The notes beneath the pieces are model-generated. The model was given only the letters and a program-made list of their open reading frames with translations, was not told the DNA's origin and ran no database searches. Position numbers and translations under genes: made by a program. Below, piece after piece: positions 1 to 11,816 of a stretch of 64,000 nucleotides of DNA (its first letter is position 1; every line of letters begins with the position of its first letter). The stretch is taken from positions 1,732,631 through 1,796,630 of the forward strand of contig NW_003314295.1 in NCBI RefSeq assembly GCF_000143415.4, in the 5' to 3' direction. The stretch is from Selaginella moellendorffii. Its lineage: Eukaryota > Plantae > Lycopodiophyta.

Positions 1-1102
1 GAAAAGAGAATTCATAGAGAACACAAGCTGCAAATATTTCAATCCCGCCACCTTTCCTTTCACACTTACATGTGTGTTATGTGCGCAGGCGATTGACACC
101 CAACACCCAAGCAGAAAAGCCCATCTAGCTTTCAAGAGGTGGGGAAAGAGAGATCGATTTAAAATAATGCGGCAGCACAGCTTTATGGCAGAGAGATATC
201 TGTTCCAAACAAAGGGGCTTCGGTTACGAAATTTCCAAAACATCGCGAGCAAATGTACTTGGATCAGGCTACAGCCCAGCCATGTAAAAACTCAAGAAAA
301 AATGGAGAAAGAAAATAACCAATACCTTCTTATCCGATGGATCGATTCGATGAGAAACACTGGCTCCCCACAGCGAGATTTCACCACCCATGATAGGGCG
401 AGGGGGCTTGTGTACGAAACTGGGGCGACAAAGTGGCCAGCGTACGGCCCCAGTCAGGCCCATGTGCCAGTGCCCACTGACCCAGTGGCCAGTGGCCAGT
501 GGCCCATTCCGATACCACTATCACTCCCAAGTGTAGTGTGAGTGAGTGTATAGCCTCCTCCTAGCTAGTGGGCTCTTCCCATCTTTTCTCTTTTAGGTCT
601 CTCTTCGTCGCGCATTTTTCTTTTCTTTGTGAGATTTGCTGCTGCTGCTGCTCGCGCTACTACTGCTACTGGACCTTTGGATTCTTCGAGCGCACTGTGT
701 TCTTGTTTGGCGTGTCGCGCTGCCCATCTCCATCAATCAATCAATCTCACGCACCCACATTGGATTGACCATGGGTGGGGCGAGGTCGGAGGAGGAACAC
801 CCCCGGTGTGTGAGAGATCTTTGTTGCCGGCTGCGATTCGCATTAGAAACCCCTGTGTAGTTCCTAGCCTTGTCCCTGAGATGGTTGATTGCTCCTATAT
901 GCCCAGAGAGGGGAGCTGTTCAATCCTGTTTCGTCGGCAAATCGATGGACAGCAGCGCTAGACAGCTCAAATTCCCGAGGTAAACTGTGCCAGCATTGCT
1001 TCCTAGATAGCTCTCCGATCGATTGCTTCAAAATCCGGCTCGCAGGGGGCCGCAATCCTCGAATTCACTGCCCAAGAACTAGAAAACAGAGAAAGCAGAG
1101 CT

Positions 1103-1124
1103 TCTCTCTCTCTCTCTCTCTCTC
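1103..1124. repeat. (CT)n microsatellite in the PIN 5' leader
   Basis: tctctctc... run just upstream of the ATG at 1158. Confidence 0.9.
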
Positions 1125-1157
1125 GTCCGCGAAGGATTTCCCACTCGCCCGGGAAAG

Positions 1158-3625
1158 ATGATTAGCGGGGGCGATTTCTACCAAGTCATGGCCGCTGTGG
1201 TGCCGCTCTACGTCGCCATGATCCTGGCCTACGGCTCCGTGCGCTGGTGGGGGATCCTCACGCCCGAGCAGTGCTCGGGCATCAATCGATTCGTGGCGCT
1301 CTTCGCAGTGCCACTGCTCTCCTTCCAGATCATCTCCAAGAACAACCCCTACCTCATGAACCCCCAGTTCATCGCCGCCGACGCCATCCAAAAGGCGGCC
1401 GTGATGCTCGTCCTCGCCATCTGGGCGCGCTACTCGTCGCGCGCCAGCTTCGAGTGGGTCATCACGCACTTCATGGTGGCGACGCTGCCCCACACGCTGG
1501 TGATGGGAATTCCCCTCCTCTACGCCATGTATGGCGAGAAGCACGGCAGCCTCGTCGTCCAGGCCTTGGTTCTCCAGTGCATCGTCTGGTACACGCTCCT
1601 CCTCGTCATGTACGAGTACCGCAGCGCCAAGATCCTCATCCTGGAGCAATTCCCCGACACCGCCGCCTCCATCGTCTCCTTCAAGGTGGACTCGGACGTG
1701 ATCTCGCTCGATGGCCGCGACCAGCCCGTGCTGACCGAGGCCGAGGTGGGCGACGACGGCCGGATCCACGTCAAGGTCCGCAAGTCCACCTCCTCCGCGC
1801 AGTCCGCCAGGTTCTCCTCCGCCTCCATGCATCACTTCAACTCCAACTTCGGCGCTGGCCAGTTCAATCTCAACAACACCGCGAGATCGCCCATGGCATC
1901 GATGTTCTCGAGCAAGGCGGGCACTCCCCGCCCCTCCAATCTCACCGGCGCCGAGATCTACTCGCTGCATTCTTCGCGGAATATGACCCCCCGCGACTCG
2001 AGCTTCACCCGCGGGGACGCGTATCTCATGAGCGGCGGCGGCGGCGGTGGGAACTCGAGCTTGATGAGCTCCAACATCTTTGGACGAGCGAGCACTGGGC
2101 ATCACGCTGGGGGGAGTCCTTTGCATCACCACGCACACGAGGGAATGTCCACGGGGCTCCTGAATCAATCCGGGATCACTGCTAATCGCCTGAGCTTCCA
2201 GGAGGATCAGAGCAATGGATTCCACCACCACCACCACCAACACCATAGCAACAATAGCAACAACACGAGCAAGGTTTTGGGAGCGTACTCGCCATCGCCA
2301 TCCATGCAGCTCCCCAAAAAGGTGGCGAACAATAACATTTCCAGCACCACAGGCAAAGATAACAGTACGCCCAATGTTTTGCAAGGGATTCCACAGGGAA
2401 AATCGGCTGACTACGACGCCAAAGAGCTTCATATGTTTGTGTGGAGCTCGAGCGCTTCCCCAACGTCCGAGAAGGGTTTGCATGTCTTCGGTGGAACCGA
2501 CTTCAATGCCCGAGATGGAGCCAAGTTTGATCCAAAAGAAACCAAACTGGTCGTCGTCTCTGATGATGGTCAAGTGGAAGGCAAGTGTTTCACAACTTGT
2601 TCTTTGTTAGTTCTTACACTTTCCCTTGTTTCTGGCAATGGTTTAGATACGAGGGACCGAGTTCCAGAGTACTTGCACCAGGAATTCAGCTTTGCCGATC
2701 GAAACGGTGCGTATGATCCATCCGATAAGCTTGAGCCGAATCTTGCGAAGCTAGAATCGAGCTCCACTGTGGAGCTTGCTCCAAAAACTCCAAACTTGAA
2801 TGGTGGTGGTACTGGAGAAGGGAATCAAGCAATGCCTCCAGCAACAGTCATGACTAGGCTCATCCTTGACATGGTGTGGAGAAAACTCGTGAGGAATCCA
2901 AACACTTACTCGAGTCTCATCGGCTTGGTCTGGGCTCTCGTCTCTTTCAGGTACTTGTAGCAAGCTTGAGTTCATTCCCTCATTCCTCTTTGATAGCTAC
3001 TTATAGACTATGAAATTACTTTCTTGCCTGACTGAAGCTCTTGTAGATTTTTTCTAGGTGGAATGTCAAGGCGCCGAAACTCATTGAAAAGTCCATCACT
3101 ATTCTCTCGGATGCTGGCTTGGGGATGGCTATGTTCAGTCTAGGTGTGTGTAAAGTTTCTCTATTTCTTTCAAAACCTTCCAACACTGATGCTCAATCTT
3201 TTGTGTAGGACTTTTCATGGCGCTGCAACCGAGAATTTTGGCCTGTGGAACTTCCATGGCAATGTTTGGAATGTTGCTCAGATTTTTCTGTAGCCCGGCT
3301 ATCATGTCTGTGGCGTCCATCGCTGTGGGGTTAAGAAAGCTGGATCTTCGAGCGGCCATTGTCCAGGTATATAGTTTTTTTTTATAAAAAAATTAAAAAT
3401 TCATCTTTCTATTGTATTGATACCAGGCAGCTCTACCTCAAGGAATCGTGCCGTTCGTTTTTGCGAAAGAATATAATGTTCATCCAGATGTTCTCAGCAC
3501 GGCGTGAGTCTCTCTTTCTATTCTTTTCGTTCTTTAACTTGAGCTTTCTTGCAAACAGTGTGATCTTCGGTATGCTAGTGGCACTGCCTATAACTCTTTT
3601 ATACTACGTTTTACTTGGCATCTAG
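1158..3625 (+). CDS. PIN: Canonical long-loop PIN auxin efflux carrier. Exons about 1158-2580, 2647-2950, 3058-3143, 3209-3366, 3427-3503, 3559-3625.
   Basis: Motifs [71 protein letters not shown]. The 3' exons of 86/158/77 nt have GT-AG borders typical of PINs. Putative GC-AG intron at 2581-2646. Confidence 0.97.
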
Positions 3626-3751
3626 AAAAGCCTGTGCGCAGAAGATCAAAACACCCGCGAGGATTTCTTACATGTGTATGTATATTAATGTCCAAAATCA
3701 AAGGATAAGTTCTTTGAAATTTAAAAGATCTTAATTGGCGGAAATTCCTGC

Positions 3752-4230
3752 TTGGCATATGCCCGAAATGGGCATTTTAGCTTCTCCCGGTTCTAGACGA
3801 AACCCTTGATAACCACCAGCATACAGTTTATTGGGAGGAAGAGGAAACATCCCGACAGAGATGTTTATGTGCCTTGTTGTTGGAGATGCACTTCTCATCT
3901 TCTAGCAAGTATCTTTCGTTGCAAAATCTTAAATGGAAGCGCGTTTGTTGAGATGTTGCCCGTCGCTGGCATGTTGTAAAAAGCATTAACGTCTCAGAGA
4001 TGCCCGTTTAGGGCATCCGCTACAAGAAGCATTATCCATAAACGTTTGGGACCTTAAGACTGTTTTGAGTTGTGATCTGGTATGCAAGCATTTAATCGAG
4101 CATCAAACCGTAACAGAATTGCTTGCACAGCAATACGCTCGGATCTGTCCAAGCTCTAGAATCCTGTAGTAAATCGAGTCAAAGAGCTCTAGCCAAACCG
4201 TCCTCAAAGACCATGTTCGATCAAGTTACA
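3752..4230. pseudogene. Scrambled degenerate fragments of the adjacent PPR gene (5033-6757), in both orientations
   Basis: 3815-3857 resembles 5062-5110. The reverse complement of 3901-4020 resembles 5333-5454. 4090-4130 resembles 5653-5693. 4200-4225 resembles 5825-5850. Confidence 0.75.
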
Positions 4231-5032
4231 TCATCCATTCAGTTTCGACTGTCTTGAGATTGTAGAATGCTTGCTATTGAGCATACATGATCCATAGAAG
4301 GATAAAGACGCTGCTCAGGACTGGAGGTACTTGAGGTTAGTACCAAAGGTCGCGATAAATCCCAGACCAGAGTAGAGACTTGTAACCGACGCATATAAGA
4401 GAGTTGACCAATCGATCCCTACTCTTGTTTCTCGTCATGATCAGTATCCCAATGAGCCAAGAAGGGGCTCCCTAAGGTGTTTGATCGCACAGACATTTTA
4501 AGAAAATAACGAATATATTATTTTCTAAAATCATATTTACTGAATTTAGAGAAGTTGTAATAACAGATGATATCAAAGTTGCTCTTGTAATGGTAATTCG
4601 CAAATTAATTAGAAAATTTTGATTACTTTCTATCCTTGAGAAGAGGAGATGATGTGAGGTCAAGTGTATACCTATAATACTATATATTAATATTATTTTG
4701 ATAGCTGTCAGATTGATTTGAATTTAGACAACTATACATTAGGGTTTTTCTATATTCTATTTATACACTCAGTTAATAATATTAACTTTTATGAAGAATA
4801 ATTGTATTATTATGTTTTAGATCTTTCTACATTTTGTAAGTATTTTTCATAGATTGGAATCAATTGTCATTACGAACGATCAGCAAGAGCAACAGTGGAG
4901 GTATAGCCACTCTCACAGTGGAGGCAAAGTAGAGAATGCTATAAGGCGTAATGCTCCATGCCAAAATCTCGTGGTTCTAGAGGATAGAATGACCAGCGGG
5001 GATCTGCCGGGCGATAAGCCTTACTTTCAGCC

Positions 5033-6757
5033 ATGAGCGTCGCAAATTTCTTCACGCTTGCGCACCGGCATACGGTGGATTTTGAGGAAGAGGAAGAACA
5101 TCCCGATACATTACTCTTTGCTCGGCAGCTTCGAGCGTGTGGGAAGAAGAAAGATCTTAAGCAAGCAAAGCGCTTGCATTTCCAAATCACAAACAGCGGC
5201 TACCCCCAAAACAGATTCCTCTGGAACATCTTGATAGAAACGTATGGGAAATGTGGCAGCCTCGAAGAAGCCCGCTGGACTTTTGACGATCTCAAGGACC
5301 CCAACATTTTCTCTTGGACAATGCTGGTTGTCGCGTATGCCCAAAACGGGCATCTGCGAGACGCCAAAGCTCTTTACAACAGCATGCCAGACAAGAACAC
5401 TATCTCAGCAAACGCGCTTCTAACGGCATTTTCAAAAAAAGGATACCTGCTAGAGGCACGAGAGCTTCTCGATCAGATAAGAAATCCATCTCCGACATCA
5501 TACAACACCATGATTTCAGCGTATGCCCAAAGCGGGCATATGAACAAAGCTCGCAGCCTGTTTGAGAGCACTGATAAGAAGGACGTGGTTACATGGACAA
5601 CGATGATTCAAGCGTATGCAGAGGGTGGCAACATAGCCGAAGCAAAGATTCTGTTTGATCGAGCTCCAAAACGTGATACCATTGCTTGCACAGTGATGGT
5701 CACAGCATATGCTCAAAACGGGCATATGAAGGAGGCTAGAGAAGTGTTTGACTCAATCCTTATCAAGGATTCCAAAGCTTGGACAGCCATGATCAAAGCG
5801 TATTCCAAGGCTGGCGACATAGCCTCCTCAAAGACCCTGTTCGATCAAATGCCACGCAAAGATATCACAGCACTCACGAGTATGATCTCTACTTACGCCC
5901 AGAATGGAGACTTTGAGCAAGCAAAGCTCTTGTTTGATGAGTGCGAGCAGCGAGACTCTGTGCTCTATGCAGTGATGATGCGCGCTTACTCCCAGCTCGG
6001 TGAAGTCGATCAAGCCAAGCTCATGTTTGACAACATCACACACAAAACCATCCTGTGCTGGAACTCGATTCTAACGGCATTTGTAAAACACGGGAGATTT
6101 GAGAATGCCAAGGACGTATTTTTGGACATGCCAAAGCGTGATGTGGTGTCCTGGAATGCGATGATCGATGCCTACGGCAAGAATAGGCAGGGTAAAGAAG
6201 CGATCAAACTTTTCCACCGGATGGAGGCCGAGGGGATCGATCCGGATGAGGCTACCTTCGTTACCATGCTCGAGATTTGTGCGACTTTAGCGTCGATCCA
6301 GCAGGGAGAAGCCGTTTACAGGAGAATCCGTCGATCCAAGTATAAGAGACACACCAAAGTTTTGAATGCTCTGATTCACATGTACGGGTGCTGCGGGAGT
6401 TTGATACAAGCGAAGGAAGCATTCTCTCGGCTGGGACGACCGGACGAGTTCTCTTTCACCACCTTGATGTCCGCTTGTTCTAGGAACGATCACAGCAGGG
6501 AAGCACTCGAGATTCTCCCTTACATGATCCTCCAAGGTGTTGATCCTTCTTCCGTAACGTTTCTAGTGGTTTTGTCTGCGTGTTCCAGCGCCGGTTACTC
6601 GCCTGACGAAGCTCGAGGATGCTTTGTTGCGATGATTGATGATTTCTCCCTGCTACCATCCTCTGAGCATTACGACTGTTTCTTTCGTCTCATGCAACGA
6701 GCTCAGCCTCGGCTTCGTGCCGAAATGCTGGCAGATGAGCTCGCCGTTTTCAGATAG
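5033..6757 (+). CDS. Intronless PLS-class PPR protein ending in a truncated E domain
   Basis: About 31-aa repeats (WTMLVVAYAQNGHL) and a C-terminal PSSEHYDCFFRL; 574-aa ORF. Confidence 0.92.
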   Translation: MSVANFFTLAHRHTVDFEEEEEHPDTLLFARQLRACGKKKDLKQAKRLHFQITNSGYPQNRFLWNILIETYGKCGSLEEARWTFDDLKDPNIFSWTMLVVAYAQNGHLRDAKALYNSMPDKNTISANALLTAFSKKGYLLEARELLDQIRNPSPTSYNTMISAYAQSGHMNKARSLFESTDKKDVVTWTTMIQAYAEGGNIAEAKILFDRAPKRDTIACTVMVTAYAQNGHMKEAREVFDSILIKDSKAWTAMIKAYSKAGDIASSKTLFDQMPRKDITALTSMISTYAQNGDFEQAKLLFDECEQRDSVLYAVMMRAYSQLGEVDQAKLMFDNITHKTILCWNSILTAFVKHGRFENAKDVFLDMPKRDVVSWNAMIDAYGKNRQGKEAIKLFHRMEAEGIDPDEATFVTMLEICATLASIQQGEAVYRRIRRSKYKRHTKVLNALIHMYGCCGSLIQAKEAFSRLGRPDEFSFTTLMSACSRNDHSREALEILPYMILQGVDPSSVTFLVVLSACSSAGYSPDEARGCFVAMIDDFSLLPSSEHYDCFFRLMQRAQPRLRAEMLADELAVFR

Positions 6758-7039
6758 TAATAAATTGCAAGCTGCTAAGACGATCCTGGCATGGCATTCC
6801 TCGATCACGCTACAAGCTCTGAGCAACGTTACCTTCACTTCACAAGGCCTTGTCCATGCAAATCCAGCGCCGTGCGGTCTTGTCCGTTCTAGGCATACGC
6901 CGATATAAGCAAAGGAAACAACGTCTCTTTACAGCATAGAATAGAAGAGGCAGTGCTCTTATAAACCCTACTCTTTTTTGTGGCATCTCCGAGTGTACGA
7001 TCTTAAGCGTGCGAGCAGACAGAGCAGTTTTTGGCCTCA

Positions 7040-7560
7040 TTTAGTGACTTTATACACTTTATCTTAGTTTAAAAATTAATAAAAATAAAGACCTAATTTT
7101 ACTGAATAAAATTTTTAATGCTTTATTTTATTATTTATTTTTAACTTTGATTTTACCCTTTAATTTAACCTATTTTTATCAGTTAATAAATTTAGACATT
7201 AACCTTATAAAAAGTGGATAACTAATATTTAATATTTAAGCAAACCTATGGGTGTTATTTATAATTTATAAACATATTTATAATTATAAACTTTCTTAAA
7301 CACTTTCTAGCATATTCTAGTTTATTCTACCATATTATATTAATAAGAATAATTTTGTGTTTATAAATTATAAATATCCAATTGATCAATTGGATTTTTA
7401 AATAATACTAAATAGTAGTAAGCTGCAAATTATTTTATTACTTGGTTGTACCACTAATATAAATATTATTATTAGTATAAATCCCTTTCTAGATTACAGG
7501 TATAAGATATCACTTTAAAAAGGGATATATTTAGCATCTTCTAACAGTCTCAACAATAAC
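7040..7560. other. AT-rich block
   Basis: Abrupt switch to very low GC with no ORFs. Confidence 0.7.
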
Positions 7561-8310
7561 AATGACAACACAGTAGCAAGATCAGTTCTATTGCCTTTGC
7601 CATTCCTCCCATTCTTCCTAATGCTAACACTCCACCCTTGAGAGAACACTCATCATCACAGCTAGATCACCTGGAAGCGACATGTGCCAAAGTTCAATGG
7701 AGGAGGATCACCTAAGCTTGTGATCTTGTGGCAAGGCTATACGAAAGGCCGAGAGAAGACAGCTGTGCTAGAGCTACGGATCGATCTGTTCGTTCGGAGC
7801 ACCATTCTTTTGTTGTGATAGAGTGCTAGAGCTTGAAAGATCCAGCGAGATAAGTGGATCTAGAGACGACCTTTGAATTTGATTTATGGGAGTTATCCTG
7901 CAAAGGGATGTGGCCTGCATTTAGCGGCGATTTGAGCTTGCGTTTCTGGTTGGACTACAACTTGTGGTAGCAAATTGTGAAGGGCATGTTTTCCTTGTAC
8001 CAGCTATTTGCTCCAGTAACTCTCTCTTGACACGGAGACACGACTGAGATAAAGTAGCAGCAGATCACACAAAGCACGCCAACCCAGGTAGTCCGCCTTA
8101 AACGTCCAGTGAGCCACGTCAAGCCTTCAGACTCGAGCATCCCGAAGCAAAACCATGAGGAGTGATTTTGGGACATTCACCCCGAAATGGATCGTCGCTC
8201 TGTAGCGACAGCTCCATCTCACGTCCCTCTTGTCATCGTGCGCATGCTCTCAACCAGTTGATGTATGGATGAGTTCCCGCAACGGAGGACTGCTGGTGAG
8301 TATCCTGTGA

Positions 8311-8830
8311 TCAAAGTAACTTGCTAGAAGCACAGTCCAAGTGGAGTGCCTTTAGCCTGAGCAATGGAGCGATCGCAAGATCAAGACTCATCTGTGCTTG
8401 AGGCAGAGTTTTGTCACCCTGGGTGATCATCTCATCAGGTTCCAGTTTCCACAAATCCTCAGTAGTTAGGACTATAGAAGGCAAGAAAGTGCAAATCACA
8501 ACAGATTCTCACTTTTCTCACTTCCAACATAATGGGCGAGCAAACAGATCCTCACTCTTCTCACTTCCAACATAAGAATGCTCAACCTCAGGGCTTCCAC
8601 AATCACTCACCCATACAAACACTACGATTTCAAGGCTTGCGCTTGACAAGGGTGTGAGTGTAACCACTGAGAATTCTGCTGTTAGATACGTGAGCACCGG
8701 GCATGCTGCCAAGAGAGTGCCTTGAGAAGCGAAGTCGACACACCAGTGTCACGAAATTCGAGAGTCCGGAGCGGCGGTTGACCCATCAAAGCTCTGTAGA
8801 AGCCGAAGCGGAGCTCTTGCCATCGCTTGA
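8311..8830 (-). pseudogene. Degenerate tandem paralog of the neighbouring F-box/LRR gene
   Basis: Broken-frame peptides AACPVLTYL..LSSASLE and LAIAPLLRLKALHL resemble AASPALENL..VSSASLR and NFLAPLINLKRIHF of the gene at 8931-10242. Confidence 0.5.
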
Positions 8831-8930
8831 GCTCCATACCACGCATTCTGTTCAAAAGGTGGTGGCTCCGTTTCCTGCAAACCAGGACAATTAGAACAAG
8901 ACAATTGACAAGAACAAAACTTGTCACCTT

Positions 8931-10242
8931 TTAGCACTTGAGTGTGACTCGGCTTGGATAGAAGAGTAACAGGTCGAATAGAACTCGCCAGCATTCATAG
9001 CTCTCCTTGACGGACTTCGTTTCGTGGTCTGCCATCTCCTTGCAATGTACCACCAGACTCGGGATTTTATGAACTTCGAGAAAAGCCTTGAACAAGCTGA
9101 TATCAGGCGCCGCATAGCGGAAGTCCAAGTCCGCCCAGAGATGGACATGGAGCGCCTCTAATCTCATGTCTCCTCCTACAAACGACTGCAAGAGCCAAGA
9201 GAATCATAAAAAGAAGGAAAAGGGAAAGAAAAGTGAAGCATACCATCATAGCCAGGCCATAGAAATGGATCCTCTTCAAGTTGATGAGTGGAGCCAAGAA
9301 ATTGTCAATCCTTGTCTTTCCAGTGCTCCTCAGCCCAAGGTGGAGCACCGTGACCATGGGCGTGAACTGGAACACGTTCGCAACATTCTCCAGCGCCCAG
9401 TTTCCAGTTATCCTCAAGCTTTGCAGCAAATCACACCGGTTCTCGAGCTCGCAGGAGGAGAAGAGCTCCAGCGAGCTCAAGTTCTTCGACAGGAAATGGA
9501 TGCTCAGCCTGGCGCTTCTCGAGGGAAGGTTGCCAAACACAAAGCTGGCCAGCCTTGGCGCGTTGAGAACCACCTTGAACGCATCGCCATCCCTCCAGCA
9601 GCCGAAAAGCCTGAGAGTTCTCAAGCTGGCGCTCGAGACCGTGAGAGCTGGCCTGGAAACGTCCCCAAAGAAGTCGACGCTCAGATTCTCCAGCGCCGGG
9701 GACGCTGCGAGGAGCGCCTCGAGCAGCAAATTCGTCACGTTGATCGCCTTGGAGAATCGGCAGTAGCGCAAGCTCTGGAAGGGAGATTCATCCACCACCG
9801 GCAGCAAGTTCTTGCTGTAAAACCTCCCGACTATCTGGACGCCCCGGAGAGTGTCCAAGCGCAGCACCGAGTTCCACACAGCCGGCCCCCAGCGCAGAGA
9901 AACGGTGGCCTCGAGCCAAAGAGCAGTGAGGGAATCGGCCCACATAAGCCAGTGCCCGGTAGCTTCGGACGGCTCATCGCACCGGAGAGAGACCTTGAGC
10001 GTCTTGAGGCATCCGGGAGCTCTGTTCTTGGTGCGGCGGAGCACAGCGGCGATGACGTCTTCCTTCTCCCTCACCTCCTCCTTGCTGCGAGCCCTAAAAT
10101 CGAAATGCAAGCCTGTGACAGCCCAGCGCAGCTCCTGCCATCGCTTGCACACCAGCGAGCACTGCGCAATCTGCCGCGCATCCGCGATCCTGGACAAGAT
10201 ATCGACGAGCGCGCCATCGTCCAGGTCCACGCTTCGCCGCAT
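8931..10242 (-). CDS. F-box/LRR (RNI-like) protein. Exons 10242-9244 and 9185-8931.
   Basis: F-box LDDGALVDILSRI..CSLVCKRW after the ATG at 10242, followed by LRR-like repeats. A phase-0 GT-AG intron joins two ORFs. Confidence 0.88.
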
Positions 10243-10314
10243 TTCCTTCCCTCCAAGATCCAAAAGAAAAAGTAAAAGGACTCGAACCCAAACAAAAAGA
10301 GAAATTTTATACTC

Positions 10315-10388
10315 CGCTAGAAGGAGGGCTCGAACCTCCGACCTTGTGGTTAACAGCCACACGCTCTGACCAACTGAGCTACTCCAGC
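10315..10388 (-). tRNA. tRNA-Asn(GUU)
   Basis: GCTGGAGTAGCTCAGTTGGTCAGAGCGTGTGGCT-GTT-AACCACAAGGTCGGAGGTTCGAGCCCTCCTTCTAGCG folds into a full cloverleaf with A and B boxes and a downstream T-run. Confidence 0.97.
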
Positions 10389-10537
10389 TTTTTGTGACAT
10401 CCCATACAGCCCTTTAAAATTTAAATTTCTCTCAGCCTTTACAAAGTTTAAATGGTCATAACCTTTAAAAATTCTACGAGTAAAACCTTATTGTAATCAT
10501 TTCTTTTGCTATGGTACAACATAAACATATGGGTTGA

Positions 10538-11584
10538 TCATAGATAGATTGCTCCTGCGACTCCCACTGCCGGGCCGATAAACGTTGTTGGAAGCAAAAC
10601 GTCCACAAAGCATCCCAGCGGGCCACCGATGAACGGGACTTTCTTGACGACGCTCTTGGCCATATGGACGAGCATGACGCCGCCCAGCATGAACAGTCCC
10701 AGCCTCTTGCCTCGATCCAAAGCAACCCGCTTGATCAGCCGCCGGGCCAGCTGCTCGAATCTGTCGATGTCGATTGGCACGTCCACGATCTCTGGCGAAG
10801 TGTCGTACTCGAGGATCGCTTCCAGGTCCTCCTGCTCCACCGGCCGGAAGAGAAGCTTGCCGGGCTTTGGATCCAGTTCTTCCGCGAGCGTCTGGAAGGA
10901 GATAGAAGATCGTCAGTAAGGAATCTAAGCACTACTACCAAGCAAGCAAGGAATTGTATCTGATTTGTAAAACCCAGCTTCAAACATAAGCAAGACCATC
11001 CTGGAGTTCCGCAAAAGAAAAGCATCCTAGAAAGGAGAAAGAGCTTCAATGCTTCCACGACACAGTTCCAATGTGAAAAACACTCTAGAACTACAACAAT
11101 CTTGCAATGTAAGACGCGAAACACGAAATAAGCAAAGCATCGAAGAAAAAATCCAGAGAAGAAAGAGCTTGAATGCTTCTACAACACAGAATGGAAGGTT
11201 CCACTGTGGAAAAGCTCGAGAAGTACAACAATCTTCCAATGTGAACTACGAAAAGAAGACGCGGGAGAACAGAGAACACGAGATCAACAAGCCCGTGAAG
11301 CAAAGAGCACGGATTTTCACGAAAGAAAGACTTCTAGCACTGGATTTCGCGAGATTTACCTGGAGGAAGAGGCGCAGAGCTGACAGGAGGCATTCCTTGG
11401 GGATGACCGACGCCGGCGGCGGCTCTTGGAAGCGGATGAATGCGGCGTGGACGGCGGTGAGGTAGCGCGTGGAGCCATCGAGCAGGCGGTCGACAGCATC
11501 CGCCACGCTCCCGCTTCCCTGGAAGAATGGCGCGCGCTCCTGCTTCTCCGTGTCGTCCTCCTCGTCTCTCACAGACGACGCCAT
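10538..11584 (-). CDS. Hypothetical protein (~192 aa) with hydrophobic C-terminal helices. Exons 11584-11360 and 10891-10538.
   Basis: Two GC-rich ORFs joined in frame by a CAG|GTAAAT...CCTTCCAG intron. Confidence 0.7.
11019..11246. repeat. Two imperfect tandem copies (~100-115 bp) inside an intron
   Basis: aaagcatc..gaaagagctt(c/g)aatgctt..acacag..tacaacaatctt(g/c)caatgt occurs at about 11019 and 11134. Confidence 0.8.
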
Positions 11585-11816
11585 GATCAAGAAGAAGATT
11601 TTAGGGCTTTTTCCCCCTCTCCGACGTGGCAAAATAAGCCTATGACATGGCGTAAAGCTCACCCCTAAAAGATCTCCACCTCTATGACATGGATTGCGTG
11701 TATAAAAACGTTGAATGACGTGGCGGCACAAGATCGCCTGGCGTGGCAAAAGCGCGCCAGCTCAGCGTATAAGACGCATATTCACGAGGGATTCTATCTC
11801 TTTGGCCAGAGGACCT
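11585..11816. promoter_or_regulatory. Compact bidirectional promoter with ACGTGGC (G-box/ABRE-like) and TGACATGG motifs
   Basis: 232 nt between divergent ATGs. GACGTGGC at about 11623 and 11717; TATGACATGG twice. Confidence 0.55.

Noticed and set aside
636-860. Signal-peptide-like uORF upstream of PIN
   Set aside because: Non-ATG start; the Leu run comes from (GCT)n/(ACT)n microsatellites.
1065-2573. 502-aa minus-strand ORF and other long overlapping ORFs (9166-10275, 15269-16078, 59337-60113)
   Set aside because: Antisense or alternative-frame by-products of GC3-rich coding sequence; no motifs of their own.
10243-10362. N-terminal extension of the F-box ORF in the ORF track
   Set aside because: Non-ATG start inside the tRNA-Asn gene; the first ATG before the F-box is at 10242.
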